Part shown: positions 1 through 14,279 of the stretch, piece by piece
How the letters are laid out: every line of letters begins with the position of its first letter
Numbering within the stretch: the stretch's first letter is position 1
Origin: Octopus vulgaris
Lineage: Eukaryota
DNA length: 64,000 nt
NCBI GenBank assembly: GCA_951406725.2
Contig: OX597826.1
Coordinates: 54,002,001-54,066,000, forward strand
Direction: 5' to 3'
Translations under genes and position numbers: made by a program
The notes under the pieces: generated by a model
Seen by the model: only the letters and a program-made list of their open reading frames with translations
The model's database searches: none
What the model was told of the DNA's origin: nothing

Positions 1-339
1 TTTGTCTGTCCTTGTTTGTCTCCTCTATGTTTAGCCTCTTGTGGGCAATAAAGAAATAAGAAAATTGCCATGGCTATGGGATCAAACACAGAACCATATG
101 GTTGTGAAGCAGACATTGTAACCATATTGCTATGCTTTCACCCATGTCAGCGTGAACTAGCAAATCTAACCGAATATCTCCAATGCAAATTTCCAAAGCA
201 TTATGACCCAGCATTAAAGGAAAAAAAAACTACAAAATGATGTCTAATAAAGCTTGTAAAATTCTATATTGAAATGCACAGCATTTCTCAACGGTGAAAA
301 TCCTGTCAGTTCTAATGTTCAATACATATCGTCAACTTT

Positions 340-530
340 TATGGAGGAAAAGAAAGGACAAAAGAAGGACTATCAGAAACCTTGGTGGAAAAGGTGGACG
401 TTAATAAAGATTAGCAGCCTTGGGAAAGATATAACAAGTTAGACCAGTAGAAGCAGGGTAAATTAAAGAATGAAGAGAAAGATAGATTAAAAGGGAATGC
501 ATCAGACGAAGAATAAGTTAACCAAAAATA
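340..530 (+). mobile_element. R4/Dong-like fragment upstream of the RT domain
   Basis: KPWWKR...SLGKDI motif; similar to 4050-4210. Confidence 0.4.
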
Positions 531-907
531 ATCCTGTCTACAATAGGTACAATGTCTGAAATTTTGTGGGGGGGTTCAAGTTAGTTTTGGATTTATGGTT
601 TTTACAAATGATATATATATATATATATAGGGTCACTGACCTTAGATATCTAATTACACACTTTCAAGAACTACATTCTTAACTTAAACTGCCAACATAG
701 TTGGTCATTCTCCCATTTCCTAGCTGGCCTCAACAGGCACATCCCTGCTGTATTCTTAGATATTCTTTTGTGTGGTAAAATTACTTCTCATCAGCTGTCA
801 TTATTCATTTGATTACATATATATATATATATTATATGTGCGTGCATGTGTGTGTATGTATATATATATTTATTATATATACATGAGTATGCATGCATAT
901 ATATATA

Positions 908-1221
908 TCATCATCATCATCATCATCGTTTAACGTCCGTTCTCCATGCTAGCATGGGTTGGACGGTTCGACCGGGGATCTGGGAAGCCAGAAGGCTGCA
1001 CCAGGCTCCGGTCTTATCTGACAATGTTTCTACAGCTGGATGCCCTTCCTAACGCCAACCACTCCGTGAGTGTAGTGGGTGCTTTTTACGTGCCACCTGC
1101 ACTGGTGCCAGGTGAGGCTGGCATCGGCCACGGTCGGATTGGTGCATTTTACATGCCACCAGCACGGAAGCCAGTCGAGGCAGGACTGGCTTCGGCCACG
1201 ATTCGGATGGTGCTTTTTACG

Positions 1222-1226
<5 letters not shown>
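908..1226 (-). mobile_element. RTE 3'-UTR truncated copy
   Basis: (cat)n gtttaacgtccg..ccatgctagcatgggttgg...ctggatgcccttcctaacgccaaccac, matching 63222-63540. Confidence 0.85.
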
Positions 1227-1263
<37 letters not shown>

Positions 1264-2029
1264 GAGACAGGCTTCTTAAGTTTCCAACCATCAAATCCAC
1301 TCGCAATGCTTTGGTCAACACAGGGCTATAGTAGAAGACACTTGTCCAAAGCGCCATGCAGTGAGACTGAACCAAAGACCATATGGTCAGGAACCAAGGA
1401 AGCAAGCCCCTTAACCACACCACCACACTTGCACCTATGTCTTCAAAAAAAAAAAAATAGAAGAAGAAGAAGAAGAAAGGCAAAAGAAAAGAAAAAAGTA
1501 TTGAACTTAAGCCATGGCTTGAAGATATTCCAGTATTTACTACCACTGCAGTTTCTAAACTTTAAGTTCTCACATTACCTTTGGCAATAACTCACTAACT
1601 CTTTTACCAATAGCAGGCTTAATTTGATATATCAACAAAAACTGTAGTAGGCTTAGAAAATAAGTTGAATGCTAGAGTGTGAAACAATAGCAAATAGAAA
1701 ATAATGGAAATCTTTTGTTTTTACAGTTTTTAGCTTCTGTTTATCCTTTTTTTTTTTTTTTACAATATTAATTTTGTTACTCTTAATTATAATTATTCTT
1801 AATTGAATTATTCAACTTGTTTAATGATGCTATTTAATTATTGTTTATTAATATTCCTATTATTATGATTCTTTAATCCATCCTAGCTAGAATAAATTTA
1901 ATGAAGTTATGTTAGAAAGAATCATTTAATAAACATTGTTCAATAATAATTATTGATATAATGAAAGAGATATTCATTTCTAGGATGGTGAGAGCAAATA
2001 AACATTCTGGAATTGGGACGCTAGTAGAG

Positions 2030-2030
2030 T

Positions 2031-2110
<80 letters not shown>

Positions 2111-2571
2111 CAAGGAGAAGAAGGAGAACAAGAAGGAGAACAAGAAGGAGAAGAAGGAGGAGAAGAAGAAGAAGAAGAAGAAGAAGAAGAAGAAGAAGAA
2201 GAAGAAGAAGAAGAAGAAGAAGAAGAAGGGGAGGAGGAAGAGCAGTGGTTAAAAACACATCTATTGAAAATATATGCATATGGCTGGCTGTGTGAGTATA
2301 GAAAATTGTCAATGAGAATGTCCAAGTACAACCATTTAATTAACTGGTAGTATGCTTTGTCAATGGTTGCGGTGGTTATGATGGTGGTGTTGGTGTTGGT
2401 GGTGAGCATTTTCCTTATCAGCACCATCATCATGAATGAGTGTCATGTGCATCGTCATCTTCATCATCATCATTGTCATCATCACCATCTTCATCATCAT
2501 CATCATCATCATCATAACGATTGTCCCCACCATCATCATCATCCTTGTCATCATCGTCGTTATCACCACTG

Positions 2572-2610
<39 letters not shown>

Positions 2611-2640
2611 CCACCACCATCAATATTATCAACATAATGA
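2030..2640. repeat. Compound microsatellite (TAG)n(GAA)n...(CAT)n
   Basis: Directly visible. Confidence 0.95.
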
Positions 2641-2691
2641 TTACCAATATTGGTACAAAGCCAGAAATTTCTTTTCTCGGTGGGTATGAAT

Positions 2692-2731
<40 letters not shown>

Positions 2732-2991
2732 AGGTGTGGGTGAGTGGAGGATCTGTTCATTAAACTGACTCCAATAATTGATTGGCACTTATTTCATTGA
2801 TCTTGAAAGGATGAAAAGCAAAGATGACTTAGCAAGATCTTAAACTCCGAAAGTAAAACGACATAATTAAAATACTGCAAGGCATTTTGTCCAATACTCT
2901 ACTGATCCTGTTATCTACATCATCATCATCATCATCATCGTTTAACGTCCATTTTCCATGCTAGCATGGGTTGGACTATCACTAATGATAA

Positions 2992-3397
2992 TCCTTTCTA
3001 CTGGAAGCACAAAGCCTCGAATTTGGGGGAAGGATTTAAGTCGATTACATCCCCCCCCCCCCCCCGGTGTGTAACTGGAATTTATTTAATCGACACCGAA
3101 AGGATGAAAGGCAAAGTCAGCCTCAGTGGAATTTGAACTCAGAATGTAGCGAGACGAAATACCTATTTCTTTACTACCCACAAGGGGCTAAACACAGAGG
3201 GGACAAACAAGGACAGACAAACGGATTAAGTCGATTACAACGACCCCAGTGCGTAACTGGTACTTAATTTATCGACCCCGAAAGGATGAAAGGCAAAGTC
3301 GACCTTGGCGGAACTTGAACTCAGAACGTAACGGCAGACGAAATACCACTAAGCATTTCACCCAGTATGCTAACAATTCTGCCAGCTCACCGCCTTA
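2992..3397 (-). mobile_element. SINE family B, tandem dimer
   Basis: Two bodies joined at gacgaaatac|ctatttcttt (~3163), with one head. Confidence 0.85.
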
Positions 3398-3429
3398 CTA
3401 ACACTAATAATAATAATAATAATAATAAT

Positions 3430-3772
3430 AACCAGAAGCTTATAATGTGTGGAAAGAGACCCTGTGAGACCTCTAATAACAGGTTGCTGTCTGCTCTCAC
3501 AGAATCAACCAGAGCAAACAAGACTGAGGGCTCCGAGAAGTAACACAATAATGATGATGATGATGATAGGATTTTAATGTACAGATTGATCATGAACATC
3601 ATGCACAACAACCAGATATTATTGTTCTGGACAAAGGGAAAAAAGATCATTGATGTGGCTCTATCTGTGGACATGAATGCAGCAGTCAAAGAACAAGAGA
3701 AAATAGGAAAATACCAGTATTTGGCTAGAGAAATACGAAGACTATGGAGGAATTCTACAAAAATGATTCCAG

Positions 3773-3775
<3 letters not shown>
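3430..3775 (+). mobile_element. R4/Dong-like RLE endonuclease fragment between AAT/ATT microsatellites
   Basis: IIDVALSVDMNAAVKEQEKIGKYQYLAREIRRLW...IPVI is a typical restriction-like endonuclease C-terminus. Confidence 0.7.
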
Positions 3776-3825
<50 letters not shown>

Positions 3826-5924
3826 GTTATTATGATAATAATGGTTTCATATTTTGGTACAAGGCCAGCAATTCTGAAGGAGGGATAAGATAAATACACG
3901 AACCCATGTTCAACTGGTACTTATTTTATTAACCCTGAAAGGATGAAAGGCAAAGTTAACCCCAGTAGAATGTGAACTCAGAGCATAAAGATGGATAAAT
4001 TGCTGCTAAGCATTTTGGCCAACCCACAGGTGCTAATGTAGTTGTTGGGGAAAAAGAAAAGGATGTAAGGTGGACTACCAGCTACCTTGACAGAAGAGGT
4101 GGATGTTAATGAGCCTTAGGAAAGATAAATGTAAAGTAAACCAATAGAAACAAGATAAATTAAAGAAGAAAGAAAAGGGAAATGGATTAGAGGAAATGTA
4201 TCACATAAAAAAATGGAACTAAGATAATGATAAAAAAAATAATACTAAAACACAGAGAAAAGGAAAAAGTTGCCAAAAACAGAAAATACAAAGAAAGAAA
4301 CAATATAAACAAAATCACTTTTTATAACTAAACCAGGACGATTCACTTGATATTCTTCAAGGAGACAAGAGAAATGATATTATCAGACTGAATGATGAAG
4401 AAAGCAAATTGTCTGAGGGGGTGATTTAAGAAAAAAAAATAGGCCAAGTTCAATAATGAAGTAGAGTGCATGAGTAAACCCCCACTTCAGGCATGAATGA
4501 CCATGGGACTGCATCTAGAAGGTTACCGTCCGAGGCACAAGTCTGAGCAAGGTTGTTTATGGAAGACCAGCAGTCACCCATGCATACTAGGTTCCCATGC
4601 CACCGATGTTATCTTGCAACTCATTTCTACATATGAGTGAACCAGAGCAATGTGAAATAGAGTGTCTTGCTCAAGAACACAACACACAGCCCAGTCTGGG
4701 AACTGAACTCACGGCCTCATGATTGTGAGCCCAATGCTTTAACCACTGAGCCATGTGGAAGCAAATAGGGAAATATACTGGAAATGTTGAGGTGCAGAAA
4801 GATAGGAGACTGGAAAGCTGGTGGATCAAATCAGGCACATGGTTGCTGGCTGACAGAGTTTCGCAAATTTCTGTGAAACCATAGGGATTTCACAGGTAAA
4901 TGTGTGTGTGTGTCAAAGAGGTATTCTTTTATTTTTATGGCCATGCTGGGGCATTGCCTTGAAGAATTTTAGTTGAAGAAATCGATTTGGTGTAATTTTT
5001 TAAAGTCTGGTACTTATTCTATCAGTCTGTTTTGCTGAACTGCTATGTTAGAGTGACATAGACGTACTAACACTGGCTGTCAAGTAGTGGGGAGTGGGGA
5101 ACAAGCACAGACACACACACACACACACACAACAGGCTTCTTTCAGTTTCCATCTACCAAATCCACTGACAAGGCTTTGATCAGCTCAAGGCTATAGGAG
5201 CAGACATTTGCATAAGGTGCTACGCATTGGGACTGAATCTGGAACCATGTGGATGAGAAGCAAAGCAAACTCCTTATCATAAAGACACGTCTGTGCCTGG
5301 CATGTATCAATATGATTAACAAAAGGAGGAACTTGCTTAATACTGAAAGACACATTGGAAAGAATTGCTGCATTGAAATACATATCTATTACCACTTATG
5401 TGAAATCTCATATCAGGGATAATTGCAGAAGATGTATACCAGCACTTATACGAAACACCTATTTATCTGATGAACAAAGAAGTCAGTAAGAAAAACAAAA
5501 ACAAAAACAAAAAAATGCAGAGAAACGAAAGACAAATTACTGTTCCCCAAAATGATTTTGAGGAATTGCAGAAAGAGAAGAAAATAACAAATTTATGCAT
5601 TGCATGAAATGCTAATAGAAAATTGTATGGTCTAATTCTACACACATAGAAAAAGTGGCTCCCAGAACTCTTCAAGATCTCAGAAAACCTTGGATGTCTG
5701 TTAGAAAATGCAAGGAGATGTTGGAGAGTACAGATAACACTTGGAGGTGAAAGATTAACAAAAATACAGATCAGAAAAGAAATCTTTCAACAGAACAGCC
5801 TCTCTCCTATGTTGTTCATAAGCACACTAATCCCTTTGTTGATTACAGTAAACAAAGCTAGGGAAGGGTACTTACTGGAAAGATTAGGAGTGAGTTAATC
5901 TGCTCATGTTTACAGACGATTTAA

Positions 5925-6135
5925 CCCTTTAGCATTCAAATTACGCTGTCAGATGTAATACTTGTTTCTTCGCATTGTTTTGAATTAATTAATCATGCAT
6001 TATCTCTTGTTTCAAGATTTCAATGATGCAATTGTTTATTTTTTTTGGAATGACATTGTAGGGAAGGGGTGAGAGACCAGATCTGGTTGGTTTGAACAGA
6101 AAACAGGAAGAAAATTTGGGCTGAATGCTGTTGGC
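5925..6135. mobile_element. piggyBac-like MITE, family 2
   Basis: TTAA|CCCTTTAGCATTCA...TGAATGCTG..GGC|TTAA; a related degraded copy starts at about 42957. Confidence 0.7.
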
Positions 6136-6225
6136 TTAAATGCTTCACGTTCAGAAATGAGAAATGTGCTATGATGGAGGTGAAGCAAGGAAAATTTATA
6201 GTAAGTGCTGGAATGAATCAACCTG

Positions 6226-6228
6226 ATG

Positions 6229-6294
<66 letters not shown>

Positions 6295-6348
6295 GTAGTA
6301 GTAGTAGTAATAATAATATTAATAATAATAATAATAATAATAGTAGTA

Positions 6349-6417
<69 letters not shown>

Positions 6418-6423
6418 TTAATC

Positions 6424-6465
<42 letters not shown>

Positions 6466-6470
6466 TATAA
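6226..6470. repeat. (AAT)n microsatellite
   Basis: Directly visible; other AAT tracts at about 10202, 12920, 37785 and 38125. Confidence 0.95.
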
Positions 6471-8164
6471 TTGTTAAATGTAGAAGAAGAATTTAACAAC
6501 CTTAGAATTCTTAAAAAAATATTATTTAATGGAAACAAAAATGTCTTCTGTAGAGAATATCTTTTAAGAAAGAAGATTTTAAAATCCAAATTGAATTTGG
6601 GAAATATTCACATAAGCAATCAACAAGAGGGAAGTATTAGTAATAAAATATGGAGCAGGAATTATTGAGTGGATCTAAAATAAGCTGAATGATATTGACA
6701 GGAAAACAAGGAAGCAACTTATAATGCATAAAAGCATGCATCCCCAACCAGAAGTAAACCGATTGGTTATACAGGAAGAGAACAGGAAGAAGAGGAAGAG
6801 TGTTAAAGTGTATCAATAAGATAGTAGAACTAGAGAAAGCAAGTCTAAGTTTCAATCCAGATGTAAAAGAAGTTCTTCTTAAAGAGATAATAACTGAAGG
6901 ACTATTTACAGAATTTTAAAGCCCTGGCAGAGAAGGAAAAAAAAAAAAACGATGAGAAAACAGGAATATGTAGAAAAAATGGAAACCAAACTTTGAAGGA
7001 AGAAAGCATCATTCAGTATTTTTTTGAAGAGACAAAAGAGATGAAGCATGACAATGACAGCTGGTTCTGGTTACAAAAGGAATGTTGAAGAAAGGAAGAT
7101 CAAAGATATGATTTTAGCTGCACACAAGCAAGCCCTAAGGGTAAACTTGATCAAGAAAATGAGAGATCATCAGGGCTGTTTGACCAAATGTAGAATGCAT
7201 ACAAAGTGAGCTGAGAATGAATACAAAAGAAAAAAAAATGAAGTCATGATAAAATTGCTGCAATAATTCATTGGAATTTTGCAAGAGATTTGGCCTTGCA
7301 TGCACAAAAAAGAGTTATGAAAATCCTTGAAAATGATAAAGCAAATTTGTAATGGGATTTTCTCATGCAACTTGAAAGGATAGATACTGTAGTAGATAAT
7401 AATAAGAAACTATTTCTTGTAATAGATGTGGCATTCTTATTTGATGTTAAGTAAAAGAAAAAGTAGAGTTATTATACAAACATCAGCATTATTAAATGTT
7501 CACTTTATTATGCTTGCATGGGTCAGATAGAATTGTGTTGAGGGAGATATTCAATGGTCAAACTGCCCTTCCCATTGCCAAATCTCACCTGTTTCCAAGC
7601 AAGGCAATATTTCTCCATGACCAGACATGTTCTTCACAGAAGACCAGAAATCAATAACATTGCTTGTATGGCAGTGGCACTCATTTACGACATCACATAA
7701 TTTCATGACAAGGCTACACACAAACATACACTCAAATATGTATAACATCATCATCATCATCATTTAACGTTTGTGTTTCATGCTGGAATGGGTTGGATGG
7801 TTTGACAGGAGCTGACAAGCTGGAGGGCTGCACTAATCTCCAGTAGGATGTTTTGGTATGTTTTCTACGGCTGGATGCCCTTCCTAATGCCAAACCACAT
7901 TACAGTATGCACTGGGTACCTTTTACCTGGTACTAGCATAGGTGCATTTTACATGGCACCAGTACTTGCAGGGTTGCCAAGTGGCTTGCAAGACAATGAA
8001 GTCTCAGCTGAGAGAAGGACAGGAACTAAGAGAAGTGGGTGTGTAAAGTGTCAGGTGAGAGGTTGGTGTATGATAAAAGGGCCAAGGATAGCTGTTTTAC
8101 AACAGAAGAAGCACTAAAAAGTTTCAGCTTGAGTGTATATGTGTGTGTATATATATATATATAT

Positions 8165-8840
8165 ATCAAAATCGCAGACGTGGCTGATGACAGTACTGCC
8201 TGATTGGCACTCGTGCCAGTGGAACTTTAAAAGCAAATCCGAATGTGGGATGTAACCAGCCCACTTATGAGTACCCCTCATTCATTGGACAATGAACTTT
8301 GCTCGCAAAAACCTATGGTTGCAAGTGAAAACAAATCAAAGTCGCTGACGTGGCCGATGACAGTGTCGCCTGATAGGCACTTGTGTCAGTGGAACGTTAA
8401 AAGAACATCCGAGCGTGATCGTTGCCAGGGCCACAGATTGGCTTCTATGCTGGTGGCACATGAAAAGCACCATTTGAGCATGATCGTTGCTTACCGGCAC
8501 ATGTGATGGTGGCACGTGAAAAACAACATTCGATTGTGGTCATTGCCAGTGCTGCCGGACTCACTCTGGTGCAGCTAGCACATAAAAAACACCTTTTGAG
8601 CATAGTCATTGCCAGAACCGCCTGACTGGCCCCCATGCTGGGGGTCACGTAAAAGCACCCACTCCACTCTCAGCGTGGCTGGCATTAGGAAGGGAATCCA
8701 GCTGTAGAAACTTTGCCAGATCAGATTAAGTCTGGTGCAGCCTCTGGCTCACCAGTCCTCAGTGAAACCGTCCAACCCATGCCATCATGGAAAGTGGACA
8801 TTAAACGATGATGATGATGATGATAATGATGATGATGATG
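8165..8840 (+). mobile_element. RTE 3'-UTR copy with internal tandem units
   Basis: Ends ttaggaagggaatccagctgtagaaac...gtggacattaaacgatgatgat. Confidence 0.75.
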
Positions 8841-10201
8841 TATATAATTCATTTGTATGGAGCCAGTACTTGACTTGCTTGTGACATTTGTATGTTCAAT
8901 TTTCAAAGCTGACATGGGTGATGTGAACACATTGTTTTGCCTGAATGGTGTCCTATGAAGATACATGGAATATAATCATTCTTACACACACAGATACACA
9001 TACATACACATGCACACACAAATATACAGTCACGCACATGTATACAACAAGACGTTCATAGATATTCACTGAGGTGTAGACAATAATTTCAGGCTGCTGC
9101 TATTCCGTATAGGTAATCCTTTGCTTAGTCAGACGAACATCCACAAGTGTGTGACTATTTATAAATAGGACTGCTTGTCGTGTAAACTCTTTGTGCATGT
9201 GTGCACATGCACACGCGTGTGTCTGTGTATATACATATGTGTGTGTGTGTGTGTGTGTATGTATATATATGTATGTATGTACATATATATGTATGTATGT
9301 ATATGTGTGTTTGTGCGCATGTATATATATATGTGTGTGTGTGTGTATTTAATGTATGTGAATATATATATGCATATATATTAATGTATATATATTAATA
9401 TAGATAGATAGATAGACATAATTATATATATATACATACACCTATATGGTATATACATATTCCTATATACATATACATACGTATATATATATACATATAT
9501 ATACTTATATATACATACATACAAAAACATACATACATATGTACGTAAATATATACACACATGCATATATGCGCACACACACACACACATACAGAAAACA
9601 ATCAAGCTAATCAGTTTGACATCACAACACGTGTACCCACACATAACCTATTCATCATTTTAGTAAATATAGCAACACCAGAAGACCATGTTCAGCAAGA
9701 GCTGACAATTCTGAACTGTATTTATTTTGAGTCAGGAAACTTCTTGATCTCTTAATCCAGATATTTCTATAAAAAGTAAGGCTGCAAATGGAACTGTGCA
9801 CATCTTGAAAAATAGATTAAATTCTATATAAATACATACTCTGTAGTTATTCACAAATAATCTCTTTCACAGAGAGTGTAAAAATACATGTTCGTGTGTG
9901 CATATGTATGCATGTGTGTGTATGTCTGTACAAGCACAAGAAAGTACATCCTTAACAAAAACTGTTTTCCCCAACATTAATTTTACTTAAAATCAAACAA
10001 GCATATATGTTATGTATATTTATATACATGTATGTATATGTAGTGGGGAAGCGTTTTAGTGTATATAGGTACAGATGATAAGGTCAAATGGTATTCAATA
10101 CCAGGGAGTAAATTTGTTTATGTTTAGTGCAACTGGGACCTGACAGCAATTTATTTAAATTTTACATTTTCAATCATCAGACTACATACAAAGTACAGAC
10201 C

Positions 10202-10270
<69 letters not shown>

Positions 10271-10450
10271 AATTATTGTATACAGTGCTCAGGTGCACCA
10301 CAACTTGTCAGAGTATATGCAGTAATGTACAAATGTCTGGAAAGCGAACAATACATGAGTCAGATACATGCTTGTGTGTGTATGGAGTGGGGGAGAAAAT
10401 CAGGTGTAGTGTTGGCGAATCTCAGAAAGCATGGAAGTTTTGAAGGATGA
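10202..10450 (-). mobile_element. CR1/L2-like LINE 3' end with (ATT)n tail
   Basis: Minus-strand ...FKTSMLSEIRQHYT*, then a short UTR and a long trinucleotide tail. Confidence 0.5.
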
Positions 10451-11884
10451 TGATCAGGAAGGTGAAATTCAAATAACTAGATGTGGTGCCATGTAAAAAC
10501 CACCTGCACTGGTGCCACATAAAAAGCACCTAGTGCACTCTGTAGAGTAGTTGGTATTAGGAAGGGCATCCAGCTGCAGAAACCAAGTCATAACAGACAG
10601 TTGTTACCTGGTGAAGTTCTCTGGGTTGCTAGCCCCCGTCAAACCATGCTACCCATGCCAGCATAGAAAACCAATATTAAATGATGATGATGATGATGAA
10701 AATGATGATATGACAAACAAGTGGAGGGATATTGTGGTAAAAGAAGATCTGTCCTTAGGTATAAAGATAAACTGAAACTATCATTAAAATCTCTACAGCT
10801 TAACTTGACATCTTGGGAAAGTCATTGCCTAGATTGATTTGCATGGCACAAAATGTGTCAAAATGCATCAAAACAATTTGAGTTGAAGAAAAAGAACAAT
10901 AAAAGAATTAAATCCTGCAATCAACAGATACATTTACTCACTCCTAGACAAAATCAAAATCACCAGTGTCCCCATAGCAAAATCTATACCTGGACCGAAA
11001 TTGCATTCATGCATCTATCGTAAATGGATGCAGCCTCTTTTTTTTTTTTTTACCTTTTTTTAATTAAAGGCCATTTTCTCTTTTTCTCACTTTACTTTTC
11101 TTTTTAAACTTTATTTAAACTTTAAATACTCTCCTTCAAACACTCATAAGTCAAAACTGACGAGAGTGACTATCATTTACATATATATATATTTGTGTGT
11201 GTGTGTGTGTATATATGTATGTATATGTGTGTAAGTGTGTCTGTGTCTGTTTGCACGTACCTTTGTCTAGACATCAGGTGACGCTTCTAAATGAATCATA
11301 CAAGCAAGGTTGTGCACTTCCAATCTGCAGTCAGGCCATGATGATAATAATGATGATGATGATGATGATGAAGGTGATGATTATGCAATCATAAAACTGT
11401 AGAGATTTTTTTTGTTTTTTTATTTGCAAGTCAACTTCAATTTTTAGACTGCATTTTTCAGCTGGTGTAAAGAGGCTGATGACTAAACAATATTGCAGAA
11501 AAAATATAATTAGCAACGAAAGTTTATATTGTAGGGTGCATACTATAGGGCTGTCACAAGGTCCTGAATACTTCGGTACCAACCCTTAATATTTTAAGAT
11601 CAACACTCTACCACGTGTAGTTAAAACCATATAATGCCATAATGTCAGCATAACATCATATTCCACGAAAATAGTTTTGCGGTCAACAACAAACTCTGTT
11701 TTAAAGTTGACATCAGAATGGCTTCACTTAACCATTGGCTTACTGCTTAGATAGATTGTCCATTGTTGCAAGTTGAATTAAACCATAGATTATCCATTGT
11801 ACACGGCATGATCACACTTTCCTAGTTAAGTCCATGCTAGATTATGGAGCTGGTCAAGTGGTTCTCAAAATTAGGACACTGAAT

Positions 11885-12075
11885 ATATATATAGTCAATC
11901 CAAACATGAACAAGCAAGAAAAAGCAACAACGTGAGGATGTGGAATAAGTACAGTGTTATTGGACATTCAGGAAAGGAAAGAAAAGAAAGAGGATTTAAC
12001 GTTTCAAGCATAGCTCTTCATCTGAGATATAGAAAAAGTCCCAAAAAGGGAAGAAGGAGAAAGAAAATCGCCATT
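11885..12075 (-). mobile_element. Short Penelope pLTR-like element (pyrimidine leader, hammerhead motif, tail) ending in (TA)n
   Basis: Same layout as 28590-28740; the 3' end abuts a TA run. Confidence 0.6.
11994..12028 (-). ncRNA. Degenerate minimal hammerhead-ribozyme-like motif
   Basis: The minus strand reads AUCU-CAGAUGA-A-GAGC(UAU)GCUU-GAAACGUU-AAAU, with one core substitution (U4 to A). Confidence 0.55.
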
Positions 12076-12359
12076 GATACACACACACACACACACATGT
12101 ACACACACACGTACGTATGTATGTATATACCCATCAAGCCAAGTAAATTCATAGTCATGGTAGATACTGGTGTCATGCAAATGGCACCCATGCCGGTGGC
12201 ACATAAAAGCACCTATTACACCCTCAGAGTGGTTGCTATATATATATATATATATAATTAATCAATATAGGGTGGCAAAAAAAATTTTGTAGAATTCTTT
12301 TGCCACCAGCGGCCTAGTGGGAAAAAATTAAATAGTCATAGACCATTTTTAAGTTCAAC

Positions 12360-12606
12360 ATCAACAATCAAGGAACGGCCATAATAGGCCATTCACCCAC
12401 TAGAAATAACAGCCAAAGCTTCAACCGCAAATAAAAATTAATTCCGTAAACCAGGAGAAAATTTAAAAAACATTTACCCTGTAATTTACAGGGTAAATGT
12501 TTTTTAAATTTTCTCCTGGTTTACGGAATTAATTTTTATTTGCGGTTGAAGCTTTGGCTGTTATTTCTAGTGGGTGAATGGCCTATTATGGCCGTTCCTT
12601 GATTGT

Positions 12607-12610
<4 letters not shown>
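12360..12610. repeat. Perfect palindrome with 125-bp arms and a 1-nt spacer
   Basis: 12360-12484 is the exact reverse complement of 12486-12610 (centre ccctgtaa-t-ttacaggg); the element lies between (TA)n runs. Confidence 0.95.
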
Positions 12611-12646
<36 letters not shown>

Positions 12647-12658
12647 ATTTATAGATAA

Positions 12659-12693
<35 letters not shown>

Positions 12694-12717
12694 CACACAC
12701 ACATACACACACATATC

Positions 12718-12839
12718 ATTATTAATAATAAAGAGTGTGGAGACTTGTATGTCATGGGTCATTATAAAAAGCTGTATATAACTATAAAATATATTTTGTG
12801 GATGTACAAGTCTCCATACTCTTTATTATTAATGATAAT
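12718..12839. repeat. Inverted repeat with ~30-bp arms and a ~55-nt spacer
   Basis: attaataataaagagtgtggagacttgta pairs with tacaagtctccatactctttattattaat. A related motif, aataaagtatggagacctgtaca, occurs at about 27788. Confidence 0.75.
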
Positions 12840-12968
12840 ATCTACTCCAGACAATTTTTACCATCCAGTGAAGTGTACACGGAATTAACCATTGGAAGAA
12901 TTCATGGAGCCACTAACAACAATTATTATTATTATTATTATTAATATTATTATTACTACTACTATTAC

Positions 12969-13031
<63 letters not shown>

Positions 13032-13196
13032 AAAGAAACTGCAAATCCACCAGCATGGATTTAGGCAAACTAGATGTTGTTTTTTTTTGTGCTCATGCAC
13101 AACGAAGTGTAAAATGGGACCCAAATTCTTCTTTTACAGCTATAACCAGCATTTTGTTGCTGAATTAAACATAATGTCTTCATTTTGAAATATATA

Positions 13197-13235
<39 letters not shown>

Positions 13236-13682
13236 GTATTTAAAACAGAAGGGAAAGCAACAGACAGAGAAATACAACTGAAAGAAAGGGAAAGAGACAG
13301 AGAGAGATGAGGAAAGACAGGGAGAGAGAGAGAGAGCTTCACATAATGTCTACATGTATAACCATACATAATGATAAAATATTTATTGTTCCATTACAAG
13401 TAGACAATTGCACGACCTTTTAAGGTCAAAGGTATCCCCCCATAGGGTGATTAATTCAGAGGAGCAGCAAAGTGATGCTGTTATGTTATGAGCATTCATC
13501 ACTCGAATTGCATTAGTAGAAACTAGTAGAAATGTAATAAAAATATATTACGAAATGAAGCTAGATTTTTACCAGGAATTTATCTCTTAACATTTATTGT
13601 TTGTCACATAAGCATGCATATGTATGTGTATAGAGTGTGTGTGTTTGTGTGTGCATGCACATATTCCAATGCACATACATAC

Positions 13683-13741
<59 letters not shown>

Positions 13742-14279
13742 ACAAAACATCAAGCTGGAGAATTTGTTGGTATTATTTATTCACCATTTCACATGTTTCA
13801 TTTGCTAATAGGAATTACAGAGTTTTACAAGCTAGATAGACATGTAAAAAAATTTCCTATGAGAAATTCTTCAGACAGAGAAAATAACTTCATATTGGAT
13901 TTTAATAATGGAATAGACAGATGTTCTTCAAGAGGAAACAGCTGGGATTTTACCTTACCTTCCAACATAATACACACACACACACACACACATGTACATA
14001 CATATGTATATATTTCTTATACCATTCCATTTGTTTCACCAGTATCTTTATTCTCTCACATTCGTTTACACCATTCTCATCTCCTCTCACAAACGCCTTC
14101 ACTCCACCCACCTAATGATTACACACACACACACCACATCCCTCGTATTTCAAATTCCAGACATGAATATACTCTTATTCTTGCATCTATAAACCTGAAA
14201 TTCCCTATCCTATTAACCCCTAACCACCCGATAGAACAACACCATTTCCACCTGATTTTTAAAATTGTTCTTTTCACTG

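Larger units (their letters stand above)
4040..7480 (+). mobile_element. Degraded R4/Dong-like non-LTR retrotransposon (RT, zinc knuckle, RLE), interrupted by SINEs, a MITE and an (AAT)n tract
   Basis: Remnant motifs IRKEIFQQNSLSPMLF (~5770), LLMFTDDLK (~5900, split by the MITE), ILAAHKQALRVNLIK (~7110), HDKIAAIIHW (~7245), LENDKANL*WDF and VIDVA. Confidence 0.7.

Noticed and set aside
946-1590. 214-aa ORF
   Set aside because: It runs antisense through an RTE UTR, a TA repeat and a SINE; a chance open frame.
10941-11015. Minus-strand ATG...|gtgagt mini-exon (MHECNFGPGIDFAMGTLVILILSR)
   Set aside because: No recognisable homology, and its phase-1 donor does not match the phase-0 donor of the PDE2-like exon; such motifs arise by chance.
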